From Mycolicibacterium smegmatis (GTDB lineage Bacteria; Actinomycetota; Actinomycetes; Mycobacteriales; Mycobacteriaceae), in assembly GCF_001457595.1 (NCBI RefSeq), contig NZ_LN831039.1, positions 330,001 to 362,000 on the forward strand: a stretch of DNA of 32,000 nt, written 5' to 3'. Of the stretch, positions 8,415 to 16,756 are shown one piece after another (within the stretch, counting starts at the first letter, position 1; each line of letters starts with the position of its first letter). The notes under the pieces are model-generated. The model saw nothing but the letters and a program-made list of their open reading frames with translations, did not search any database and had not been told where the DNA came from. The position numbers were made by a program, and so were the translations under genes.

Positions 8415-9478
8415 TCGTACACCACCTTCACCGTGTGACTCGTGGGCAGTGCCTGACACGTCACCACCCAGCCCTCGGCGATCTCGTCGTCGTCGAGCGC
8501 GTCGTTGTTCAACAGCCGTGCACTGCCTTCCACCACCTGTCCGATGCACGTCCCGCACGTGCCGACCTCACATGAGGACGGGGCCTTGAGCCCGGCCAGT
8601 CGGGCGGTCTGCAGCAGCGTCGTACCGGCCCGGTAGGGCTGTGTGACGGTGGTGCGCCCCAGGACGATGGTGACCTCCTCGGTGGCAGCGGATTCCGCCT
8701 CGACCGCAGGATCGGCAGGGGTGACCGTGAAACGCTCCAGGTGCACACGCTGCGCCGGCACGCCCGCGTCGAGCAGGACGCGTTCGACGGTGTCCATGAA
8801 CGGGGCCGGTCCACAGATGTAGAAGTCGGCCTCCGCGGTGGAAACCGTGCTGGCGCCGAGGAATTCGGTGATGTGCCGCGCCGAAACCACGCCGTCGCGG
8901 GTATCGAGATGGTGGTGTACGTGCAGGCGGTCGCTGTGGGAGTCGGTGAGCCGGGTCAGCGCGTCGCGGAAGATCACCGAGTCGGCATCGCGGTTGGCGT
9001 AGAACATCCGGACCCGCCGGCCGGTGGTGGCGAGCGTCGTGTTCACCAGTGAGAACACCGGTGTCACACCGCTGCCGCCCGCGAACGTGACCACGTCGCG
9101 GTCGGCCGTGGTGAGCACGAAGCGCCCGTCGGGTGGGGCGGTGAGCAACCGGTCGCCCGCTGCGGCGGTGTCGTTGATCCAGTTCGACACCACGCCGTCG
9201 CGGTCACGTTTGACGGTGATCCGCAGGTCGGGGCCCACGTGTGGCGACGACGACATCGAATAGCAGCGGCGGTGTTCCTCGCCGCGGATCGTGGTCTTGA
9301 CGGTGACGAACTGCCCTGCCGTATAACGGAATCGGTCTTCGATCAGCTCGGGGACATCGAGGATCAGCGAAACCGCGTCGGTGGTCTCGCGGATGACGTC
9401 TTTGACCCGCAGCGGCGTGAAACCGTCGGCGTCGGTGAGACCGGCGGGTTCGTCGAGGGGTGCGGTCGATGTCTCCAT
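8411..9478 (-). CDS. FAD/NAD(P) oxidoreductase with C-terminal plant-type [2Fe-2S] ferredoxin domain (Rieske electron-transfer component)
   Basis: RYTAGQFVTV, RCYSMSSSP, FAGGSGVTPVFSL, and CEVGTCGTCIG...C in the C-terminus. The track start is GTG at 9487; ATG at 9478 is the alternative. Confidence 0.92.
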   Translation of the reverse strand: METSTAPLDEPAGLTDADGFTPLRVKDVIRETTDAVSLILDVPELIEDRFRYTAGQFVTVKTTIRGEEHRRCYSMSSSPHVGPDLRITVKRDRDGVVSNWINDTAAAGDRLLTAPPDGRFVLTTADRDVVTFAGGSGVTPVFSLVNTTLATTGRRVRMFYANRDADSVIFRDALTRLTDSHSDRLHVHHHLDTRDGVVSARHITEFLGASTVSTAEADFYICGPAPFMDTVERVLLDAGVPAQRVHLERFTVTPADPAVEAESAATEEVTIVLGRTTVTQPYRAGTTLLQTARLAGLKAPSSCEVGTCGTCIGQVVEGSARLLNNDALDDDEIAEGWVVTCQALPTSHTVKVVYE

Positions 9479-9483
9479 CGCGG

Positions 9484-9507
9484 CCACAGTATCAAGTACT
9501 TGTCATT
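9484..9507 (-). promoter_or_regulatory. Shared operator/promoter element, copy A (AATGACAAGTACTTGATACTGTGG on the minus strand)
   Basis: Contains the perfect palindrome CAAGTACTTG; matches copy B at 12992-13015 in 21 of 24 positions; lies immediately before the ferredoxin reductase start. Confidence 0.72.
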
Positions 9508-9545
9508 CACCTCAAGGCTTGGCCGCACACCGAAAAACCGGGAAA

Positions 9546-10001
9546 CTACATCGGGTCGACGTGATCGGCCTGCACGGTGTGGCCCGTGCCCTGCTCGATC
9601 ACACGCCTCAGCAGGTCGCGCAGCTGCTCCTGCTCGTCACGTGAGAGCACCCCGAACACACGGTCGTGCGCGGCGATGGCGTCGGAAACCACCGAAGAGG
9701 CGACCGCGCGCCCCTCTTCGGTGAGGAACACCTGCAGGATGCGCGCGTGCTGCGGATCCTGCTTGCGCTCCACCAGCCCGCGCTTCTCCAGTGCGGTCAG
9801 GGCCAGTTGCACGCCCTGCGGCGTGATCAGCAGGCGCCGCGCCAGTTCGGCGCCGGACAACCCGGGCTCGTTGCTCAGCTGGCGCAGGACACCGATCTGG
9901 GCGGTGCTGACACCGTGGTCCTTGACGGCGTCGTTGACCGCGGTGAGCGAGAAGTAGAACGCTTGTTTGAGCCACCACAAGGTGTTGTCGGTGAGTTCCA
10001 T
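9546..10001 (-). CDS. MarR-family transcriptional regulator
   Basis: MELTDNTLWWLKQAFYFSLTAVNDAVKDHGVSTAQIGVLRQLSNEPGLSGAELARRLLITPQGVQLALTALEKRGLVERKQDPQHARILQVFLTEEG: wHTH and wing. Confidence 0.93.
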   Translation of the reverse strand: MELTDNTLWWLKQAFYFSLTAVNDAVKDHGVSTAQIGVLRQLSNEPGLSGAELARRLLITPQGVQLALTALEKRGLVERKQDPQHARILQVFLTEEGRAVASSVVSDAIAAHDRVFGVLSRDEQEQLRDLLRRVIEQGTGHTVQADHVDPM

Positions 10002-10031
10002 GCCCGTCTCCTGCCGTGCGTCAACTCGACG

Positions 10032-11291
10032 CTAGCGCACCGCGGCGTCCGACGGCTCGCGGTGTTTGACAACCGCGCCGTCCTTCATCACGAACGAGAC
10101 GTCGAGTATCGCGGAGATGTCGGTGCTCGGGTCGCCGGGCACGGCGACGACGTCGGCGAGGTATCCGGGTGCCAGCCGGCCCAGCTCGTCGGAGGCATCC
10201 ACCAACTCCGCGGCGACCACGGTCGCGGCCTGCAGCGCCTGCATCGGGGTCATGCCGCGCTCGACCAGCGCGCACAGTTCTTTCGCGTTCTGCCCGTGCG
10301 GTATCGCAGGCGCGTCGGTACCGCACGCGATCCGCACACCGGCCGCAATGGCCTTGGGCAGCATGGCCTTCGCCCGCGGGAAGACGTCGAGTGCCTTCTT
10401 GCGCAGTTCGGGGGCGATGCGGTCGATCGCCATGGCATCGGTCAAGTACGTCGTCGACACCAGGAACGTGCCGTGGTCCACCATCATCTGTATGGTCTCG
10501 TCGGTCGCGAGGAACCCGTGCTCGATGCAGTCGATGCCCGCGCGGATACAGGCCTGGATCGCGGTGTCACCGACCGCGTGCGCGGCGACCTTCACGCCGG
10601 CACGGTGCGCCTCGTCGGCGATCGCGGCGAGTTCGGCGTCGCCGTACTGCTGGGCGCCGGGAGCGGTGCTGTGCGACATCACACCACCCGAGGCCGAAAC
10701 CTTGATCAGCTTGGCGCCGTGGCGGATCTGGTAGCGCACACACGCGATGACGTCGGGTACTCCGTTGGCGATGCCCTCGGCCACCGAGAGCGGCATGATG
10801 CCCGGCGCCATTCGCTGGAACACCGTGGGATCGAGGTGACCGCCGTACGGCGTGACGGCATGCCCGGCGGGGTGGATGCGTGGCCCCTGATGCCAGCCCT
10901 GATCTATTGCGCGCTGCAACGCCACGTCGAGCAGATAGCCGCCGGTCTTGACCATCAGACCCAGGTTGCGGACCGTGGTGAAACCGGCCTGCACCGTGGT
11001 GCGCGCGTTGACCGCGCCCCGCAGCGTCCGGTACGCCGGATCGTCCTGCACACCGTGCATCGGCGACGGCAGCCCTTCCGGGCCGCCGATGAGCAGGTTC
11101 AGTTCCATGTCCATCAGGCCCGGCAGCAGGGTGACGTCGCCGAGATCGATGACGGTCGCGGTATCCGGCAGCGGCGCAGCGGGATTCACCTCGGTGATCC
11201 GGTTGCCCTCGATGACCACGACGGCCGGTGCGCGGACCACGCCTGCGGCGACGTCGACCCAGCGCGCCGCGCGCAGTACGGTCTGCGTCAC
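10032..11291 (-). CDS. Amidohydrolase-superfamily protein (imidazolonepropionase/prolidase-like) lacking the N-terminal HxH motif
   Basis: VTLLPGLMDMELNLLIGG in place of PGLIDxHxH; GAKLIKVSASGG, VAAHAVGD, CIEHG and GTDAPAIPHG are retained. GTG start at 11291 gives a 4-nt GTGA overlap with the small gene. Confidence 0.86.
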   Translation of the reverse strand: MTQTVLRAARWVDVAAGVVRAPAVVVIEGNRITEVNPAAPLPDTATVIDLGDVTLLPGLMDMELNLLIGGPEGLPSPMHGVQDDPAYRTLRGAVNARTTVQAGFTTVRNLGLMVKTGGYLLDVALQRAIDQGWHQGPRIHPAGHAVTPYGGHLDPTVFQRMAPGIMPLSVAEGIANGVPDVIACVRYQIRHGAKLIKVSASGGVMSHSTAPGAQQYGDAELAAIADEAHRAGVKVAAHAVGDTAIQACIRAGIDCIEHGFLATDETIQMMVDHGTFLVSTTYLTDAMAIDRIAPELRKKALDVFPRAKAMLPKAIAAGVRIACGTDAPAIPHGQNAKELCALVERGMTPMQALQAATVVAAELVDASDELGRLAPGYLADVVAVPGDPSTDISAILDVSFVMKDGAVVKHREPSDAAVR

Positions 11292-11629
11292 GGAACGGGC
11301 TCGGCGACGCAATCCAGCCAGGTCGCCCCCGAATCGGGCACGCGTGGCTGCTTCCAGCACTCCACCGGGAACGACACCGTCACCATCGAATACAGCAGGT
11401 GCAGCAGGTTCAGCACGTCCTCGGGCAGGTCATCGAGCGGGAACTTGTCGCAGTAGCTGATCGCCTCCTCGGCGCGTGGGGTGATCGCGTCGTAGAAGGC
11501 CTGGATCTCGGTCATGGTGCTCGCCAACCGTTTTGCGTAACGCAGCGGCTCACTGGCCAGACACCAGTCGGAAAACGGTTCCAGATCGGCGAATTCGGCC
11601 GGCAGCTTGTTCGGCACCTTGTCGGGCAC
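11288..11629 (-). CDS. Small conserved protein (~113 aa), Rieske-oxygenase-associated, function unknown (copy 2)
   Basis: GTG start 3 nt after the Rieske stop; paralogue of the 6035-6364 product. Confidence 0.85.
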   Translation of the reverse strand: MPDKVPNKLPAEFADLEPFSDWCLASEPLRYAKRLASTMTEIQAFYDAITPRAEEAISYCDKFPLDDLPEDVLNLLHLLYSMVTVSFPVECWKQPRVPDSGATWLDCVAEPVP

Positions 11630-11632
11630 GGA

Positions 11633-12898
11633 TCACACTCCTGCGGTCTTGCGCTGGTAGTCCTCGATCCAGGCTGCGGTCTCGTAGTGCAGGTGCCGCA
11701 GCAGGATCTCCTGGTCGCACAGCAGGAACTCCTCGACCACGCGCGTCTCGATCATGCTCTGGGTGGCTTCGAGGGTGTTGGCGTCCTGCAGGCCGTACTC
11801 CTTGAACGACGCCGCCGCGAGTTCCTGCGCGAGCCGCTCACGCGGCGTGCGTGCCTGTGGGAAATACAACGTGCACTCGAAGGTGTGGGTGTTGTACGAC
11901 GTCGGCCAGTAGTGGTACGTCAGGTACCAGCCCTGCCCCCAGAACAGCATCACGAAGTTGGGGAACAGCTGGAAGCTGTCCAGACCCCACGGATCACACT
12001 TGGCGGGGTTGAGACCCACGGGCATCTCGCCGAGGTCGGGCTTGTCCCACGGGCCGAAAAGCCCGCTCTGGCAGATGTCCTCGATGGGTTTGCGCATCTC
12101 GTCTGGCATCTCCCACGCACGCACCCCCGAGGTGCTCACCAACCGGTGCGGTCCCTCGATGCGGTAGTGCGGTGCCTCGAAACCGGCCTCGGCCGCGGCC
12201 CTGCTGTAGGCGGTGGGCGACTGGTTCGCGTGCAGCACAGGTGCGTGGTAGAACTCCTGGAACGCGTCCATGTAGAGCTTCCAGTTCGCCTTGACCTCGG
12301 AGCGGTAGGTGAACCGCGAGGTCAGTTTGTCGAACGGATAACCCTCCAGGTTGGTGATCATCGGACCGAGGAAATCGCGCAGCGACTGTTCGGGTTCCTT
12401 CGCGAAGTTCACGAAGATGAAGCCCTCCCACACCTGGCAGTGCACCGGCACCAGGCCGTAGCGGCTCTTGTCGAGGTCGAAGAACTCCTCTTCCTGCTGC
12501 ACGAACGTCAGGTCGCCGTCCAGGTCGTACCGCCAGGCGTGGTACTTGCACGTGAACTGGCGGCACACGCCGCTGGTCTCCTGCTGTGGCAGGTCGTCCC
12601 ACACCAGCTTGTTGCCGCGGTGGCGGCAGACGTTGTGGAAGGCGTTGATCGTCCCGGACTTGTTGCGCACCACGATGATCGAGGTGTTGGCGGCCTTCAT
12701 CTCCTTGGTGAAGTAGCTGCCCTTGCGTGGAAGCAGTTCGACGCGACCGACGTTCAGCCATGCCCGTTTGAAGATCGCCTGCCGTTCCAGTTCGTAGATC
12801 TCCGGGCTGATCGAGTCCTCGTAGGACACCGGGCCGGTGCCCAGTTCGGGATAGTGCTGCGTCCAACTGCCTTCAGCCGGTTTGGGAAACCGCGCCAT
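11633..12898 (-). CDS. Rieske-type aromatic ring-hydroxylating oxygenase alpha subunit (canonical Rieske ligands)
   Basis: MARFPKPAEGSWTQHYPELGTGPVSYEDS...NVCRHRGNKL...FTCKYHAWRYDLDG (CxH...CxxH), NWKLYMDAFQEFYHAPVLH. Start trimmed to ATG 12898 by homology with the 7631 start. Confidence 0.94.
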   Translation of the reverse strand: MARFPKPAEGSWTQHYPELGTGPVSYEDSISPEIYELERQAIFKRAWLNVGRVELLPRKGSYFTKEMKAANTSIIVVRNKSGTINAFHNVCRHRGNKLVWDDLPQQETSGVCRQFTCKYHAWRYDLDGDLTFVQQEEEFFDLDKSRYGLVPVHCQVWEGFIFVNFAKEPEQSLRDFLGPMITNLEGYPFDKLTSRFTYRSEVKANWKLYMDAFQEFYHAPVLHANQSPTAYSRAAAEAGFEAPHYRIEGPHRLVSTSGVRAWEMPDEMRKPIEDICQSGLFGPWDKPDLGEMPVGLNPAKCDPWGLDSFQLFPNFVMLFWGQGWYLTYHYWPTSYNTHTFECTLYFPQARTPRERLAQELAAASFKEYGLQDANTLEATQSMIETRVVEEFLLCDQEILLRHLHYETAAWIEDYQRKTAGV

Positions 12899-12991
12899 AC
12901 CCGCTCCTCCGCGATGCGTTCGATGATGCCGGCGTGTGGCTGGGGCACGCCGGTGCGAGATTCGAAGTTGACGGTAGACCGCGGTTTCGTC

Positions 12992-13015
12992 AATAACAAG
13001 TAGTTGATACTCTGG
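12992..13015 (+). promoter_or_regulatory. Shared operator/promoter element, copy B (AATAACAAGTAGTTGATACTCTGG)
   Basis: 21/24 identical to copy A at 9484-9507 (minus strand); located in the divergent gap between the Rieske-2 operon and the 13149 amidohydrolase. Confidence 0.72.
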
Positions 13016-13148
13016 AACCGCGAAGGCGGGAGAATGCAGTGGACCAGCATCTCGGGAGTATCTCGGCGTCGAGGCCGGCTGTGCGCTCGCGTGTGGCCGC
13101 GGCCGCAGGTCCATCGCCGTCGCGGCTCACGGTGATCGAAAGGTTGAC

Positions 13149-14291
13149 ATGACGATCCACACCTCGCAGCGAACCCCGGCCGCCGAGCGCATCGCCGTGC
13201 GCTGCGTCGACTCCGACGTTCATCCGGTGCCGCGCCGCGGTGTGCTGGGGGAGTACATCCCCGAGCCGTGGCGCAGCGTGTACTTCGGCACGCACGACGT
13301 CGGCGAGCTGATCTACTACGACGCCCCCGATTACGCACACGCCTACGCGATGCGCGTCGACACGTTCCCCTCCGACGGCGAATTCGCGGGCAGCGATCCC
13401 GATCTCGCGTTCCGCCAGCTCATCATGGAAGCCGGCGCCGACATCGCGATCCTGGAACCCGCGGCGTACTCGGCGCACATCCCCGAGGCCAACCATGCGA
13501 TGAACTGCGCACTCAACGACTGGCAGGCCAACCACTGGCTCGACAGCCACAACAACTGGCACGAGCGCTGGCGCGGTTCCATCTGCCTGGCCGTCGAGGC
13601 ACCGGAACTCGCGGCGCAGGAGATCGAACGGTGGGCCGGGCACCCGTATTTCGCGCAGTGCCTCATCAAGGCCGAACCGCGCCCGTCCTGGGGCGACCCG
13701 AAGTACGACCAGCTGTGGGCCGCGGCCACCAAACACGACATCGTGGTGAGCTGCCACCTGTCACGCGGTGAATACGACGAACTGCCCACCCCACCGGTCG
13801 GATTGCCCAGCTACAACCACGATTTCATGGTCACGTACTCGTTGCTGGCGGCCAACCAGGTGATGAGCCTGATCTTCGACGGTGTGTTCGACCGGTTCCC
13901 GACGCTGCGCATCGTGTTCGTCGAGCACGCGTTCACCTGGATCCTGCCGCTCATGTGGCGAATGGACGCGATCTACGAGCGCCGCAAGTCGTGGATGGAC
14001 ATCAAGCGCAAACCCAGCGAGTACGTCAAGGACCACATCAAGTTCACGACGCAACCGCTGGATTACCCCGAGGACAAGACCGAACTGTCGCGGGCCTTCG
14101 AGTGGATGGAGTGCGAGGAGATCCTGCTGTTCTCCTCGGACTACCCGCACTGGACGTTCGACGATCCACGCTGGCTGGTCAAGCACCTGCCCGAACATGC
14201 GCGTGAGGCCGTGATGTTCCGCAACGGCATCGAGACCTACAAGCTGCCGGACACCGTGCCGGTGCTCGAAGGACAGGTCCGCGTCTTCTGA
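13149..14291 (+). CDS. Amidohydrolase family 2 (ACMSD/LigW-like metal-dependent hydrolase or decarboxylase)
   Basis: VRCVDSDVHPVP, IVVSCHLSRG, IVFVEHAFTWILPLMWRMD, LFSSDYPHW: metal-ligand regions typical of the family. Confidence 0.87.
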   Translation: MTIHTSQRTPAAERIAVRCVDSDVHPVPRRGVLGEYIPEPWRSVYFGTHDVGELIYYDAPDYAHAYAMRVDTFPSDGEFAGSDPDLAFRQLIMEAGADIAILEPAAYSAHIPEANHAMNCALNDWQANHWLDSHNNWHERWRGSICLAVEAPELAAQEIERWAGHPYFAQCLIKAEPRPSWGDPKYDQLWAAATKHDIVVSCHLSRGEYDELPTPPVGLPSYNHDFMVTYSLLAANQVMSLIFDGVFDRFPTLRIVFVEHAFTWILPLMWRMDAIYERRKSWMDIKRKPSEYVKDHIKFTTQPLDYPEDKTELSRAFEWMECEEILLFSSDYPHWTFDDPRWLVKHLPEHAREAVMFRNGIETYKLPDTVPVLEGQVRVF

Positions 14292-14294
14292 GTC

Positions 14295-15683
14295 TCATGG
14301 GCGCAGGACAGCGCCCGGGTTGAGGATGCCGAGCGGGTCCAGGGCGTCCTTGACGCGGCGCGTCACCCACATCACGTCGTCGCCGAGTTGCTTTGGCAGC
14401 CAATCTCTCTTGAGCCTGCCGACGCCGTGCTCACCGGTGATGGTGCCGCCCATCGCGATCGCGAGGTCCATGACCTCGCTGAAGGCGCGTTCGGCCCTGG
14501 CCTGCGATTCGGCATCGTCGGGATCGAAAACCACGACGGGGTGGGTGTTTCCGTCGCCCGCATGCGCGACGACGCAGATCAGCACGTCGCACTCGGCGGA
14601 GATCCGGTTGATGCCTGCCAGCAGCGCGGGCAGCGTCGGGATGGGCACCGTGACGTCTTCGAGCAGCACCGTACCCAGTTGCATGAGTGCCGGCGCGACC
14701 AGGCGTCTCGCGGCCGTGAAACCGGCGCCTTCTGCTGGGTCATCGGTCGCGAAAACCTCGCTGGCACCTGATTTTTCGCACGCCTCGACGATGTGTGCCA
14801 CCTCGGACGCGGCATCACCCGGCGCGTCGGACTGGACCAGCAGCAGCGCCTGCGCCGACCGGTCCAGACCCATGCGGCCGTAGTCCTCGACGGCGTTGAT
14901 GGACGCGTGGTCCATCAGCTCGAGCATGGCCGGCCGCACCGATGCCGTGATGGCCACGACCGCGTTGGCCGCATCCTGCACCGTGTCGAACATCGCGACC
15001 ACGGTGGACGGCGACGCCTGGGCCGGAATCAGCCGCAGGGTGACCTCGGTGATCACCCCGAGAATGCCCTCCGAACCGACGAACAGTTTGGTCAGGGACA
15101 GGCCCGCAACGTCTTTGAGTCGCGGACCGCCGAGTGTCACGGCCGTGCCGTCGGCGAGCACCACCTGCAGGCCCAGGACGTAGTCGGTGGTGACGCCGTA
15201 CTTCACGCAGCACAGGCCGCCCGCGTTGGTGGCGGCGTTGCCGCCGATCGAGGAGATGTCGACCGAGGCCGGATCCGGCGGATACCACAAACCGTGCTCT
15301 GCCGCGGCCCGCTTGACCTCGGCATTCAGCGCGCCGGGTTGCACGACGGCCACGCGGGTCGCCGGGTCGATCCGGATCTCGCGCATGCGCTCGGTGCTCA
15401 GGACGACGCATCCGTCGACCGCGCTCGCACCGCCGGAGAGCCCCGACCCGGCGCCCCTGGGTACCACCGCGACGCGGTGACGGGTGGCCCACCGCAGGAC
15501 GCTCTGCACATCGGCGGTGCAGGTCGCCCGGACCACGGCCCGCGGACGGCCCGCGAGTGGATCGGCGGCGGCGTCACGGCGATATCCCTCGATCTGGTCG
15601 GCATCGGTGAGCAGCGCGTGGGCAGGCAGCTCAGCAGCCAGTTCGGTCAGGGCGGGGTCCACATCCGCCAGGGTTGCGTCCAC
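14295..15683 (-). CDS. FAD-binding oxidase/dehydrogenase, GlcD / D-lactate dehydrogenase-like
   Basis: VVPRGAGSGLSGGASAVDG, NAATNAGGLCCVKYGVTTDYVLGLQVVLADG, LFVGSEGILGVITEVTLRL, C-terminal GEHGVGRLK...DPLGILNPG. GTG 15683 chosen; start uncertain. Confidence 0.87.
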   Translation of the reverse strand: MDATLADVDPALTELAAELPAHALLTDADQIEGYRRDAAADPLAGRPRAVVRATCTADVQSVLRWATRHRVAVVPRGAGSGLSGGASAVDGCVVLSTERMREIRIDPATRVAVVQPGALNAEVKRAAAEHGLWYPPDPASVDISSIGGNAATNAGGLCCVKYGVTTDYVLGLQVVLADGTAVTLGGPRLKDVAGLSLTKLFVGSEGILGVITEVTLRLIPAQASPSTVVAMFDTVQDAANAVVAITASVRPAMLELMDHASINAVEDYGRMGLDRSAQALLLVQSDAPGDAASEVAHIVEACEKSGASEVFATDDPAEGAGFTAARRLVAPALMQLGTVLLEDVTVPIPTLPALLAGINRISAECDVLICVVAHAGDGNTHPVVVFDPDDAESQARAERAFSEVMDLAIAMGGTITGEHGVGRLKRDWLPKQLGDDVMWVTRRVKDALDPLGILNPGAVLRP

Positions 15684-15748
15684 GCGGCCAGTGTAGGCGC
15701 GTGATGGGCGAACGGAATTTTTCCGACTTCCCTGGGTTGGACCGAGGG

Positions 15749-16756
15749 ATGAGACGTTGGGAAATGGACGGTATCGGGCGCGATCTGCTCCAGCTGCGGG
15801 AGGTCGCGATCCCCCAGCCGGCACACGGCGAGATCCTGGTGCGGGTCTCGGCCGTGGCCCTCAACCATCGCGACAAGATGGTGACCGAGAACGGCCGAGG
15901 GCTGCAGCTCGCCTATCCGTTCACACCGGGCTCCGATCTCGCCGGAACCGTGGCGGCGCTCGGCGACGGCGCACAGCGGTTCGCCGTCGGCGACCGGGTG
16001 ATCTCGAACTTCGTCCCCGAGTGGCTCGACGGTGTGCGACCGGGGGACGCCCGCACCTTGCCCTACCGGACCCTGGGCGGACACCATCCCGGCGTGCTCG
16101 CCGAATACGTGGCCTTCCCCGAGGACTGGTTCGTGCGCGCGCCCGCCACGCTCGGTGATGCCGAGGCGGCCACACTGCCCTGTTCGGGCCTCACGGCGTG
16201 GTTCGCGCTGGTCGAGCGCGGCCGTGTGCGCGCAGGAGAGACGGTTCTGGTCGAAGGCACCGGAGGCGTAGCGCTTTTCGCGCTCGCCATCGCCAAGATC
16301 CACGGCGCCGAGGTGATCGTCTCGGCCAGTGCGGGCAACCTCGCCCGCGCGCGGGAACTGGGCGCCGACCACGTCATCGACAGGCGGCGCGAGGACTGGG
16401 CCGACGCGGTCCTGACGCTCACGGCTGACCGAGGTGTGGACCACGTGCTCGAGATCGTCGGCGGCAGCCACCTGGCGCAGGCCGTACAGGTGAGCGCCAT
16501 CGGCGGGCAGATCCACCAGATCGGTGCGCTGGAAGGCTTCGAGATCTCGACCCCGGTGATGCCGTTGATGCTCAAGGGCATCACGGTCAACGGCATCGGG
16601 ACCGGGCACCGGCGCGCGCTCGAAGACTTGGTGCGTGCGGTCGACGCGGCGGGACTCAAGCCCGTGATCGACACGCGGTACCGCTTCGAGGATCTGCAGG
16701 GCGCACTCGACCATCTCGACCGCGGCCCGTTCGGCAAGCTCGTCCTGGAAACTTAG
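15749..16756 (+). CDS. MDR-superfamily alcohol dehydrogenase / quinone oxidoreductase-like
   Basis: HGEILVRVSAVALNHRDKMV, PFTPGSDLAGTVAALG, VLVEGTGGVALFALAIAK, ELGADHVIDRR. Confidence 0.9.
   Translation: MRRWEMDGIGRDLLQLREVAIPQPAHGEILVRVSAVALNHRDKMVTENGRGLQLAYPFTPGSDLAGTVAALGDGAQRFAVGDRVISNFVPEWLDGVRPGDARTLPYRTLGGHHPGVLAEYVAFPEDWFVRAPATLGDAEAATLPCSGLTAWFALVERGRVRAGETVLVEGTGGVALFALAIAKIHGAEVIVSASAGNLARARELGADHVIDRRREDWADAVLTLTADRGVDHVLEIVGGSHLAQAVQVSAIGGQIHQIGALEGFEISTPVMPLMLKGITVNGIGTGHRRALEDLVRAVDAAGLKPVIDTRYRFEDLQGALDHLDRGPFGKLVLET

Noticed and set aside
8415-8558. N-terminal 48-aa extension of the SDR ORF
   Set aside because: Out-of-frame reading of the reductase C-terminus; ATG 8414 directly precedes the Rossmann strand and gives an ATGA overlap.
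10441-10460. GTCAAGTACGTC resembling half of the MarR-type operator
   Set aside because: Inside the amidohydrolase coding frame and matches only one half-site; probably chance.
9666-13003. Long plus-strand ORFs 9666-11456 and 11228-13003
   Set aside because: Antisense to the MarR, amidohydrolase, small protein and Rieske-2 genes; compositionally shadow-like.
12899-13114. N-terminal 72-aa extension of the Rieske-2 ORF
   Set aside because: No homology to Rieske-1, which begins MATKWPKPAEGSW versus MARFPKPAEGSW here; the extension would also run through operator copy B.
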